Shown here: positions 53,160 through 61,646 of the stretch, piece after piece
How the letters are laid out: every line of letters starts with the position of its first letter
Position numbering within the stretch: the first letter of the stretch is position 1
NCBI GenBank assembly: GCA_049513455.1
Contig: JBEKWB010000015.1
Span: 4,029-68,028 of the forward strand
DNA length: 64,000 nt
Direction: 5' to 3'
From: Acidimicrobiales bacterium
GTDB taxonomy: Bacteria; Actinomycetota; Acidimicrobiia; Acidimicrobiales; RAAP-2
The notes under the pieces: generated by a model
Seen by the model: the letters and a program-made list of their open reading frames with translations, nothing else
What the model was told of the DNA's origin: nothing
Databases searched by the model: none
Made by a program: the position numbers and the translations under genes

Positions 53160-53903
53160 TCAGGTGTTCCCCCGACGGCCGAACGCGTCGGTGTCGAATG
53201 ACCCGCTTTCTGCCATGGATCCGAACTCGAGATGCACCAGTCCCTGCTGCAGAATGTGCAGGTTGACCGCTCGCTTGGTGTCCCGCAGTGCTTCGGGTGG
53301 CTGGGCGGCGAGCGTGGCGGCGATTTCGAGCGCTCTCGGCAGCAACGACTCCTCCGACACGATGTCGGAGGCCAGGTCCACCCGCTGGGCCGTCTCGGCA
53401 TCTATCCGTCGACCCATATAGAGGACTTGACGGGCGAGGGGAAGCCCGACGAGGTGGGGAAGCAGCAGCGCACCGCCATCTCCGGCGACGATACCGCTGG
53501 AGACGTGGGGATCAGCCAGATAAGAAGTCGGACTCATGACGAGAACGTCGGCGGCGAGAGCGATGGTGCACCCCACCCCGACGGCCGGTCCGTTGATCGC
53601 CGCCACCAGTGGGAGCTCGCACCGCAGCATGTTCAGGAGCAGGTTGCGGGCCTCGGCCATGCGGCGGCGTCGGTAGGCGCGGTCGTTGCGCAATCGGTCC
53701 CAGCCACCCCGGTCGCCACCGCTGCAGAAGGTAGTCCCCGCGCCGGTGATGACGACCGCTCTGACTGTCTCGTCGTCCGCCAGGTCCTGCCAGACGGTGG
53801 TCAGTTTGAGATGCATGGCGGCATCCAGGGCGTTGGCCTTGTCGGGGCGGTTGATGGTGAGCAGCGTGACGCCCCCATCCACTGCTGCAACATCGATGCT
53901 CAT
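53160..53903 (-). CDS. enoyl-CoA hydratase/isomerase (crotonase) family
   Basis: 247-aa ORF with LTINRPDKANAL, ITGAGTTFCSGGD and AINGPAVGVG. Confidence 0.9.
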   Translation of the reverse strand: MSIDVAAVDGGVTLLTINRPDKANALDAAMHLKLTTVWQDLADDETVRAVVITGAGTTFCSGGDRGGWDRLRNDRAYRRRRMAEARNLLLNMLRCELPLVAAINGPAVGVGCTIALAADVLVMSPTSYLADPHVSSGIVAGDGGALLLPHLVGLPLARQVLYMGRRIDAETAQRVDLASDIVSEESLLPRALEIAATLAAQPPEALRDTKRAVNLHILQQGLVHLEFGSMAESGSFDTDAFGRRGNT

Positions 53904-54937
53904 GTGTCCTCAAGGGTAGCTGTTCGTCCACCCGAGCGGATGGCGTCGACCACCGGTTGCCACGTCGAGGGATCGCTCTCGTAGGGGATGTAGAGGCTGG
54001 TGCGCTGCACGAGGCCTTCGAATCGCTCCGCCAACGCCGGGGCGATCTCAGCGGGTTCCGCCACGATGGCAAAGCCGTTCAGCACGTCGTCATCGATCAA
54101 CTCGCCCATCTCGTCCCAGCGGTCTTGGCGAGCCAGCGCATTGAGGTCGCTTTGCAGCTCCCCCCATCCGTGGACCTCCAGGACCGGGCGGTAGGCCGGG
54201 GTGGACGCATAGAACGCAATCTGCTGTTTCGTCTCGCGTAGGGCGATATCGAATGCTTCGGCGGTGGCGCCGGTGACGATGAAGGACGGGCCGGAGATCT
54301 CGAACCCCTCCATGCCCTTGCCGATGCCCGCTCTTCCCCGCAAAAGTGCAGGAATGGTGACCTCGCGCAGGTAGCGCTCCGTGGTGAAGGCATGGCAGAT
54401 GAACCCGTCGGCGACCTCTCCGGCCACCTCCGTCATGCGCGGCCCCACTCCGGCCACCATCACTTTGGGGGGTCCGAACGGGTTCGGGTCGGGCGCAAAG
54501 AACGGCGTCATCAGCGTGTGGTGATAGAACTCCCCTTCGAAGTCCAGCGGCACGCCTTCGTTCCAGCTTCTCCATATGGCACGGAGGGCGAGAACGAACT
54601 CTCGCATACGTGGTGCCGGGTGCGACCATGGCATCGAGAAGCGATGGAGGATGTGGGACCTCACCTGTGTGCCGAGGCCGAGTACGAGTCGACCTCCCGA
54701 GAGGGCCTGCAGGTCGTTGGCGCTGATGGCCACGGTCATGGGACTGCGGGCGAAGGCCACGACAATCGACGTCCCGACTTCAGCGGTCGTGGTCGTCTGG
54801 GCGGAGAGGAGGACGGACAAGAACGGGTCGTGGGTCGTTTCCGAAATCCAGATCCCTGAGTACCCGGCCTCCTCATAGCGGCGCGCCGCCTCCCCCGCCT
54901 GCTGTTGCGGGACGGTCAGGCGGACGTCGAGCTTCAT
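53900..54937 (-). CDS. LLM-class F420/flavin-dependent oxidoreductase
   Basis: 345-aa ORF with AGYSGIWISETTHDPF and RLVLGLGTQV. Overlaps both neighbours by 4 nt. Confidence 0.85.
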   Translation of the reverse strand: MKLDVRLTVPQQQAGEAARRYEEAGYSGIWISETTHDPFLSVLLSAQTTTTAEVGTSIVVAFARSPMTVAISANDLQALSGGRLVLGLGTQVRSHILHRFSMPWSHPAPRMREFVLALRAIWRSWNEGVPLDFEGEFYHHTLMTPFFAPDPNPFGPPKVMVAGVGPRMTEVAGEVADGFICHAFTTERYLREVTIPALLRGRAGIGKGMEGFEISGPSFIVTGATAEAFDIALRETKQQIAFYASTPAYRPVLEVHGWGELQSDLNALARQDRWDEMGELIDDDVLNGFAIVAEPAEIAPALAERFEGLVQRTSLYIPYESDPSTWQPVVDAIRSGGRTATLEDT

Positions 54938-55494
54938 GAATCCTCGAGGCCGGGAGCCGACGGAGCAACCGCAGCCGCGCCAGGGGACCTGATGGGTGTC
55001 GTCGGTTCCGGGAAGTAGGGGATCGCATCGGCCTCGGACCTCCAGACCATGAAGGTGCGCTCGAAGTCGAGCACCTCCTCGCCCCGCTGATTGATCCCAC
55101 GGGTGGCGCAGGTGACGATTCCTGCCTTTGGTCGGGAGGCGGAAGACCGAACCCCTGTGATGATGCTCTCGCCGTAAAGCGTGTCGCCGACGAACACCGG
55201 CGCGGTCAAGCGGATCTCTTTCCAGCCCAGGTTGGCGATAGCGTTCTGGCTGATGTCGGCCACGGAGAGCCCCAGTACGAGGGCGACGGTCAATCCCGAG
55301 TTGACGAGCTCCTGGCCATGTTCGGACTTCTTGGCGTAGTCGGCGTTGAAGTGCAGCTGGTTGGTGTTCATGGTGAGGAGGGAGAACCAGCGATTGTCGG
55401 CCTCGCCGATCGTCCGTCCCAGCTGGTGCCGGTAGACCTGACCCAAGGCAAAGTCCTCATAGAAATTGCCCTTCTGCATGAGAAATTCAGGCAC
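54934..55494 (-). CDS. MaoC-like (R)-specific enoyl-CoA hydratase, hotdog fold
   Basis: 186-aa ORF with NQLHFNADYAKKSEHGQELVNS, VFVGDTLYGESIITGVRSS and GIVTCATRGINQRGEEVLDFERT. Confidence 0.85.
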   Translation of the reverse strand: MPEFLMQKGNFYEDFALGQVYRHQLGRTIGEADNRWFSLLTMNTNQLHFNADYAKKSEHGQELVNSGLTVALVLGLSVADISQNAIANLGWKEIRLTAPVFVGDTLYGESIITGVRSSASRPKAGIVTCATRGINQRGEEVLDFERTFMVWRSEADAIPYFPEPTTPIRSPGAAAVAPSAPGLEDS

Positions 55495-55502
55495 GGTTCG
55501 CG

Positions 55503-56657
55503 TCAGCCCTCGGCTAGGAGTGCGCGGGCGATAATTATGCGCTGGATCTCGTTGGTGCCTTCGCCGATGCAGAGCAGGGGAGCGTCACGGTAGTAGCGCT
55601 CGATGTGCCCCTCGGTGGAGTAGCCGTAGGCGCCATGGATGCGCATGGCATCGGTGGCGTTGTCCAGGGCTGCCTCGGTGGCCACCAACTTGGCCATCCC
55701 CGCCTCCAGGTCGCAGCGCTGGCCGGCATCGAATGCCTCTGCCGCTTTCTGGACGAGAAGCCGGGAGGAGGCGGTGCGGCAGGCCATGTCGGCGAGCTTC
55801 AACTGGATCGCCTGGTGCTGACCGATGGGCTTTCCCATGGTGTGACGAGTGCGGCTGTACTGGAGCGAGGCGTCCAGGGCAGCCGTGGACAGGCCTACAC
55901 CCCGGGCGGCCACGTTGATCCGGCCCAGTTCGAGGGCGCCCACGGTCTGATGAAAGCCCTGGCCCGGCACTGTCCCGATGAGCCGGTTCGCCGGGACCTC
56001 CATGTCGTCGAAGTGCAACTCGACGGTGTCGACGCCTTTGTAGCCGATCTTGCCCAGCTGTCGGGACACCTCGTAGCCGTCGGAGCGCAGGACAATGAGC
56101 AGGGACATCCCGGCGTGCCGGGGTTGCGCCTGAGGATCCGTTTTCACCAGAAGCGCCAGACAGTTCCCCTTGCCACCGTTGGTGATCCACAGTTTCGTCC
56201 CCGACACCACATAGCGGTCCCCATCTCGTACGGCCACGGTGCGGATGGCCTGCAGATCGCTGCCGCAATCCGGTTCGGTCAGGCCGAGCCCTCCCCGCAA
56301 TTCACCGGAAGCGAAACGGGGGAGCCACTCCTGGCGTTGTTCCTCGGTCCCGTAGCGGCGCACCAACTCGGCCATCATGAGGTGGGAGTTGATGACCCCG
56401 GTGAGAGACATCCAGACCTTGGAGATTGTCTCGACTATGCGCGAATAGGCCAGGGCGGAAAGCCCCAAGCCCCCGTACGCCTCGGGAATGGTGGCACCGA
56501 AGAGTCCGAATTCCTGCATCTGTTCGACCATGGCCGTCGGATACTTGTCAGCGTGCTCGAACTCGAGTACCTCAGGCAGGACGTCTTGCTCGAGCCACTT
56601 CTCAATGACGCGGACGAACTCGTCGAGTTCACCTTCGTGTTGCATCGGATCCTCCAT
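55503..56657 (-). CDS. acyl-CoA dehydrogenase (canonical short/branched-chain type with catalytic Glu)
   Basis: 384-aa ORF with LTEPDCGSDLQAIRTVA, YVVSGTKLWITNG and IGEGTNEIQRIIIARALL. Confidence 0.95.
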   Translation of the reverse strand: MEDPMQHEGELDEFVRVIEKWLEQDVLPEVLEFEHADKYPTAMVEQMQEFGLFGATIPEAYGGLGLSALAYSRIVETISKVWMSLTGVINSHLMMAELVRRYGTEEQRQEWLPRFASGELRGGLGLTEPDCGSDLQAIRTVAVRDGDRYVVSGTKLWITNGGKGNCLALLVKTDPQAQPRHAGMSLLIVLRSDGYEVSRQLGKIGYKGVDTVELHFDDMEVPANRLIGTVPGQGFHQTVGALELGRINVAARGVGLSTAALDASLQYSRTRHTMGKPIGQHQAIQLKLADMACRTASSRLLVQKAAEAFDAGQRCDLEAGMAKLVATEAALDNATDAMRIHGAYGYSTEGHIERYYRDAPLLCIGEGTNEIQRIIIARALLAEG

Positions 56658-56708
56658 CGGGTCAGTGCGCCGGAAAGCCCAGAGCTGTCGTGACTTGCGC
56701 CCCTCCAG

Positions 56709-56722
56709 CTTGTCCGGACAAT
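56709..56722. promoter_or_regulatory. best site of the recurrent palindrome: CTTGTCCGGACAAT (13/14)
   Basis: In the divergent region between ACAD 55503-56657 (minus operon) and ACAD 56798 (plus operon). Confidence 0.6.
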
Positions 56723-56797
56723 ATACGCCATGGAACGGGCCTCACGTTCGAACGGAATCTCTCGTCGCGCCGGCGGATGTAAGGAGTTCTCCCGCCT

Positions 56798-58036
56798 GTG
56801 AAAGCCGAATTCGACAGGATCAGCGATGCGGAGATCAGGTCCACGGTGACCATATGGGCCCGAGCGACGTGGGATCCGACAATGACCCTGGGGGAGTGGT
56901 GGAGGCAGCTGGCGGATGCCGGATGGGCGGTTCCGAGCTGGCCGGTCGAGTGGCTGGGGAAAGGGTGGACGCGGGCGCAGGCGGTAGTGGCGCACGCCGC
57001 GCTCGCGGAGGCAGGGGTGCCCGGTCCCCCCGCCGGACTCGGCGTCATGCTGGCGGGTCCCACCCTCCTCCGCCACGGTGACGACGCGCAAAAGCAGCGA
57101 TTTCTTCCCGGGATCGCCGACGGGAGCGAAAACTGGTGTCAGCTGTTCAGCGAGCCGGGAGCGGGATCGGATCTGGCCGGTGTCCAGACCCGGGCGGTCC
57201 GACAGGACGCCCGGTGGGTAGTGACCGGTCAGAAGGTGTGGACCTCGAACGGCCAGCTGGCCGATCGGGGCATGCTGCTGGCCCGGACCAACGAGAGCGC
57301 TCCCAAGCATCGGAACCTCACCTGGTTCGCGCTGGACATGGCACAATCCGCCGTGGAGGTGCGCCCGCTCCGGGAGATGACGGGAAGATCTCTGTTCACT
57401 GAAGTGTTTCTCGATGGCGCCAGCGCGACCGACGACGAGATCGTCGGTGGTCTCGACGGGGGTTGGCCTGTGGCCAGGACCACATTGATGAACGAGCGCA
57501 TGGGTCTCGGAGGCGGGGGAGGAGCGGTCGGTGGTGTCCCTGGCCGGCGGGGGGGCATGCTCGAGACCCAGGCGGTCGCTGCGCTCGCTGCAGGGGGACG
57601 GAGCCGCCAGAGCTCGGGCACCGCATTGGCCATGCGCGGTCGGGCTTTTGCGGAACTGGCCGAGTTGGCGCAAAAGACCGGGCGCCACCGCGATCGGGTC
57701 GTGCGGGACCGTCTGAGCGATCTCTACATTGTCGAACGCGTGGCGCAGATGACCGGTCAGCGAGCCCGGGCCCAACGGGGGAGCGTCGCCGACGGAGGCG
57801 CGGAATCGAGTGGTTCCATCGGAAAACTACTGGGGAGCCGGGCCACGGCCCGGGCCCGCGATCTGGGTCTGGCTATGCTCGGGCCCCTCGGGATGCTCTG
57901 GGCCCAGGACCGATCACTGGCCGGCGCGCTCGTTGAGCTCTGTCTCTTCAGTCCGGCCGTGTCGATCTACGGGGGGACGGATCAGATCCAACGGAACATT
58001 CTGGCCGAGCGGGTACTGGGTCTGCCCAGGGAGTGA
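56798..58036 (+). CDS. acyl-CoA dehydrogenase
   Basis: 412-aa ORF (GTG start) with FSEPGAGSDLAGVQTRA, WVVTGQKVWTSNG and IYGGTDQIQRNILAERVLGLPRE. Contains a Gly-rich insertion (GLGGGGGAVGGVPGRRGG). Confidence 0.9.
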   Translation: MKAEFDRISDAEIRSTVTIWARATWDPTMTLGEWWRQLADAGWAVPSWPVEWLGKGWTRAQAVVAHAALAEAGVPGPPAGLGVMLAGPTLLRHGDDAQKQRFLPGIADGSENWCQLFSEPGAGSDLAGVQTRAVRQDARWVVTGQKVWTSNGQLADRGMLLARTNESAPKHRNLTWFALDMAQSAVEVRPLREMTGRSLFTEVFLDGASATDDEIVGGLDGGWPVARTTLMNERMGLGGGGGAVGGVPGRRGGMLETQAVAALAAGGRSRQSSGTALAMRGRAFAELAELAQKTGRHRDRVVRDRLSDLYIVERVAQMTGQRARAQRGSVADGGAESSGSIGKLLGSRATARARDLGLAMLGPLGMLWAQDRSLAGALVELCLFSPAVSIYGGTDQIQRNILAERVLGLPRE

Positions 58037-59289
58037 ACGGGTCAGCTACCCGCCCTACACACGAGAGGTCAAAGAGTGTGAGTGACGAAAACGAATTCGA
58101 CGACATCACCGAGGGTGTTCGGGCGTTCTTGCGCTCTGAGGTGGTGCCCCGCCAGGTACGGCTAGCGGAGTCCGGCCACTCCGAGTACGGGCCGAACGGA
58201 AGGTTCAGCGACGAAGTGTTGCAGGCCTTCTCCGAAGTGCGCATGGCTTCTGCCGAGGCCGGTTTCTACTGCATCCTGGCGCCCGAAGCCGTCGGTGGGG
58301 CGGGCCTGGGGTTCGAGGCGCTCTATCGGGTGTGGGAGACGGTCTTCGACTTCTGTGGTGCCAATTACTGGCTCGGACACCAGGCGATCAGCCATTGGTC
58401 ACGCGGGCCGAGCCACCTCTATCTCCACGTCGACGAAGGGTTCCGGGAAGAGGTGCTTCCGGAGCTGTGCAGCGGGCGTCGAACGACATGCTTTGCCATG
58501 TCGGAGCCGGACGCCGGTTCCGACGTCTGGAACATGCGCACGACGGCCACCAAGGTCGAGGGGGGATGGATCCTCAACGGCACCAAGCAGTGGTCGACCA
58601 ACGCTCCCTACGCCGGCTGGGCCATCACGTTCGCCGTGACGGATCGAGAAGCATTCAATGCCCACAGGCGCGGGTTGACCGGATTCGTCGTGGACCTGAA
58701 CAGCGAGGGCGTCCTGGTGGAGAGCGTCATTCCCATGTTCGGGCACAGCGGAGGGGACGAAGGGATCGTCAGCTTCTCGGATGCCTTCGTGGCCGACCGC
58801 CAAGTAATCGGCGAGCCGGGTGATGGACTGGTCCACGCCATGTCCGGCGTCTCCTCGGGTCGCCTCTACAACAGCGGGCGGGCGGTGGGGCTGGCCCGCT
58901 GGGCCGTGGCGCGTGCGCTCTCCTACGCCGAAGAGCGCCGGACGTTCGGCTCGCCCCTGATTGAGAACCAGGCCATCGCCTTCCCGCTGGCCGATGCCGC
59001 CATGGATATCCATGCCGCCCATCTGATGGGCCTCGAAACTGCGCGGCGCCTGGATCGGGGGACGTGCACCCGAGCCGAGGTGTCCATGACCAAGACCTAC
59101 TCCACGGAGATGGCGGTTCGAGCCATCGATCACGCCATGCAGGTCCACGGGGCGATGGGCTTCACCAACGAGATGTACCTGGCGCAGGCGTGGCAGCAGA
59201 TGCGCCGCACGTGCGTGGCCGATGGCTCTTCTGAAATGATGCGGATACAGATCGTGAAGGCCCTCCGCCGGGACGGAGTGCAGTTCTAG
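58033..59289 (+). CDS. acyl-CoA dehydrogenase
   Basis: 418-aa ORF. GTGA overlap with the upstream ACAD; an alternative GTG near 58075-58080 (VSDENEFDD) is possible. Has MSEPDAGSDVWNMRTTA, WILNGTKQWSTNA and VHGAMGF. Confidence 0.85.
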   Translation: MNGSATRPTHERSKSVSDENEFDDITEGVRAFLRSEVVPRQVRLAESGHSEYGPNGRFSDEVLQAFSEVRMASAEAGFYCILAPEAVGGAGLGFEALYRVWETVFDFCGANYWLGHQAISHWSRGPSHLYLHVDEGFREEVLPELCSGRRTTCFAMSEPDAGSDVWNMRTTATKVEGGWILNGTKQWSTNAPYAGWAITFAVTDREAFNAHRRGLTGFVVDLNSEGVLVESVIPMFGHSGGDEGIVSFSDAFVADRQVIGEPGDGLVHAMSGVSSGRLYNSGRAVGLARWAVARALSYAEERRTFGSPLIENQAIAFPLADAAMDIHAAHLMGLETARRLDRGTCTRAEVSMTKTYSTEMAVRAIDHAMQVHGAMGFTNEMYLAQAWQQMRRTCVADGSSEMMRIQIVKALRRDGVQF

Positions 59290-59302
59290 TCCGTGAGCTG
59301 CC

Positions 59303-60202
59303 TCAGCGGAGGGCGTTGCGCAGCGCGCGAAAGTCGTCGGCCATCGACGTCGCCGGGACGGCGTCGGTGGGATCCTCAATCTGCTCATGATGGTCGCGGA
59401 CATCCTCGGGATCGAGCACACCGTCGCGCTTCGTCCATCCCGCGGTCATGCCGACGAAGAATCGAGCGACCCGACCGCCTCCGACGCTGTACAGGTAGCC
59501 GGTCGTGGTGCACTCCTCATGGGTCAACCACGCCACGACCGCGGAGACCTGGGTCGGGTCAACTGAGTCGATCAGCTTGCCGAGCACATTCTCGGTCATT
59601 CTCGTCCTGGCGATGGGAGCGATGGCGTTCGAGGTGATGTTGTGCTTGGACCCCTCGATGGCCAGTGTGTTGGAGAAACCGACCAGGCCGGCCTTGGCGG
59701 CGGCATAGTTGCTCTGACCGAAATTGCCGAACACACCGGCGGCGGACGACGTGAAGACCACCCTTCCGAACTGCTGCTCTCGCATGTGGCGCCATGCCGG
59801 CAGGGTCACATTGAATGCACCCCTCAGGTGGACGTCGATCACGGCCCCGAACGTGTCGCCATCGCTGTTGTGGAACGCCCGATCCCGCAGGATCCCCGCG
59901 GTGTTGACCAGAATGTCGATCCGGCCGAAGTTGTCGATCGCCGTTTGCACGATGGCCCGGCCACCCTCCGGTGTCGCCACGCTGTCGAGGTTGGGTACGG
60001 CCGATCCTCCCGAAGCGGTGATCTCCTCCACCACTTGTTGCGCCGGTCCGTCGCTGGTGCCGTCGCCCTCGACGGACCCGCCGATATCGTTCACGACCAC
60101 GCTGGCACCGCGCCGCGCCAGCAGGAGAGCATGCTGGCGGCCCAGGCCACCTCCGGCTCCGGTCACTACTGCTACCCGGCCATCGAAGCGAAGTTGACTC
60201 AT
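59303..60202 (-). CDS. SDR, MFE-2/Hsd4A-like (R)-3-hydroxyacyl-CoA dehydrogenase type; paralog of 46224-47138
   Basis: 299-aa ORF. RVAVVTGAGGGLGRQHALLLARRGASVVVNDIGG.., LVNTAGILRD, YAAAKAG. Confidence 0.85.
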   Translation of the reverse strand: MSQLRFDGRVAVVTGAGGGLGRQHALLLARRGASVVVNDIGGSVEGDGTSDGPAQQVVEEITASGGSAVPNLDSVATPEGGRAIVQTAIDNFGRIDILVNTAGILRDRAFHNSDGDTFGAVIDVHLRGAFNVTLPAWRHMREQQFGRVVFTSSAAGVFGNFGQSNYAAAKAGLVGFSNTLAIEGSKHNITSNAIAPIARTRMTENVLGKLIDSVDPTQVSAVVAWLTHEECTTTGYLYSVGGGRVARFFVGMTAGWTKRDGVLDPEDVRDHHEQIEDPTDAVPATSMADDFRALRNALR

Positions 60203-60240
60203 ATGCTCAAACTACTCGCGGATACGGGCGCAGCCCAAAA

Positions 60241-60254
60241 CCTGTCCGGACTAG
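60241..60254. promoter_or_regulatory. site of the recurrent palindrome: CCTGTCCGGACTAG (12/14)
   Basis: In the 56-nt gap between SDR start 60202 and the first possible start (GTG 60259) of the racemase-like gene. Confidence 0.5.
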
Positions 60255-60258
60255 ATTT

Positions 60259-61518
60259 GTGCACGACGCCGAGATCATCGAGCGAGCGACGACGGCGCCA
60301 GCCGGCGCCGGATCGACGCCAGAACGAGGGGAGCCCCGCCGCGTGACGCACGTCCAACCAGTTCCACCCGGAGTGGCGGCCGAGACGCCGTCACCGCCGT
60401 CGGGGCCGCTTTGCGGTCTGCGGGTGATCGAGCTGGCTGGAATTGGTCCGTCTCCCTTCTGCGGAATGGTCCTCTCGGACATGGGCGCCGATGTTGTCCG
60501 TGTAGACCGGATCGAGAGCCGGGAGGGCGGGGATGACGCCCCACCGGCCTTGTGGGATCGCGGACGCCGATCAGTGGCATTGGACCTGAAAGACCCCGGC
60601 GACATCGAGACGCTGCTGCGCCTGGTCGACACGGCGGACGCGCTGATCGAAGGGTATCGACCGGGGGTGGTGGAGCGTCTGGGTATCGGCCCGGACATAT
60701 GCCTGGCGCGTAATCGGCGTCTCGTCTACGGGCGGGTGACCGGTTGGGGCCGCGAGGGTCCGCTGGCCCAGACGCCCGGTCACGACTTGAACTTCATCGC
60801 ACTCTCCGGCGTTCTCAACGCGATAGGCCATCACGAGGGGCGCCCGGTCCCGCCCCTCAATCTCGTCGGTGATTTCGGCGGAGGGGGGATGCTCCTGGCC
60901 CTGGGTGTGTGTGCCGCGTTGGTCCACGCCGCCCGCTCGGGCATCGGCCAGGTGGTCGATGCGGCGATGATCGACGGTTCCGCCCAGTTGATGACATCGA
61001 TCTTCGGCCTGCGCGCCCAGGGCAGGTGGAACGACGAGCGGGGCTCGAACCTCATTGATTCGGGTGCCCCGTTCTACGACGTGTACGAAACGTCAGATGG
61101 CGCGTACGTGTCAATCGCGGCGTTGGAAAGAAGATTCTTCGCCGATCTCGTCACGCGCCTGGGTCTCGCCGACGACCCGGTCATGGGGAACAGGATGGAT
61201 CCGGCTTCATGGCCTGCCATGCGACAGCGGTTCGTCGACACGTTCAAGACCAGGACCCAAGCCGCCTGGTGCGCCCTTCTCGAGGGTACCGACTGTTGCT
61301 TCGCTCCGGTGCTGAGCATGCACGACGCACCGGAGCATCCCCAGAATGCCCTGCGAAGGACCTTTGTCGATCACGATGGTGTCATCCAGCCTGCTCCGGC
61401 GCCCCGCTTCAGCGTGACGCCGGGCGGCATCTCAAGGCCCGCACCCCGCCGGGGTCAACACACCGAGGAAGTCCTGGCGGAGTGGGGGGTCGCCCCTCAC
61501 CCGGAGCGGGGAGAGTAA
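60259..61518 (+). CDS. family III CoA-transferase, alpha-methylacyl-CoA racemase-like (start uncertain)
   Basis: GPLCGLRVIELAGIGPSPFCGMVLSDMGADVVRVDRI closely resembles the racemase (Mcr/AMACR) N-terminus. About 50 non-conserved residues precede it, so the true start may be a downstream GTG (for example about 60343). Confidence 0.8.
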   Translation: MHDAEIIERATTAPAGAGSTPERGEPRRVTHVQPVPPGVAAETPSPPSGPLCGLRVIELAGIGPSPFCGMVLSDMGADVVRVDRIESREGGDDAPPALWDRGRRSVALDLKDPGDIETLLRLVDTADALIEGYRPGVVERLGIGPDICLARNRRLVYGRVTGWGREGPLAQTPGHDLNFIALSGVLNAIGHHEGRPVPPLNLVGDFGGGGMLLALGVCAALVHAARSGIGQVVDAAMIDGSAQLMTSIFGLRAQGRWNDERGSNLIDSGAPFYDVYETSDGAYVSIAALERRFFADLVTRLGLADDPVMGNRMDPASWPAMRQRFVDTFKTRTQAAWCALLEGTDCCFAPVLSMHDAPEHPQNALRRTFVDHDGVIQPAPAPRFSVTPGGISRPAPRRGQHTEEVLAEWGVAPHPERGE

Positions 61519-61528
61519 CGACGTGAGA

Positions 61529-61542
61529 CTTGCACGGACAAG
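61529..61542. promoter_or_regulatory. site of the recurrent palindrome: CTTGCACGGACAAG (12/14), overlapping a -35-like TTGCAC
   Basis: TTGCAC (61530-61535), a 17-nt spacer, then TATCTT (61553-61558). About 100 nt upstream of the thiolase start. Confidence 0.55.
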
Positions 61543-61646
61543 TAGGCGGTCCTATCTTGACGCTGGGCTCGCCCGCAGTCAGTCGGGACCATGGGGTCCT
61601 TCCGACAGAGCGACTCGCCCGAACTGTGCGATCAAGAGGAGGTCGA

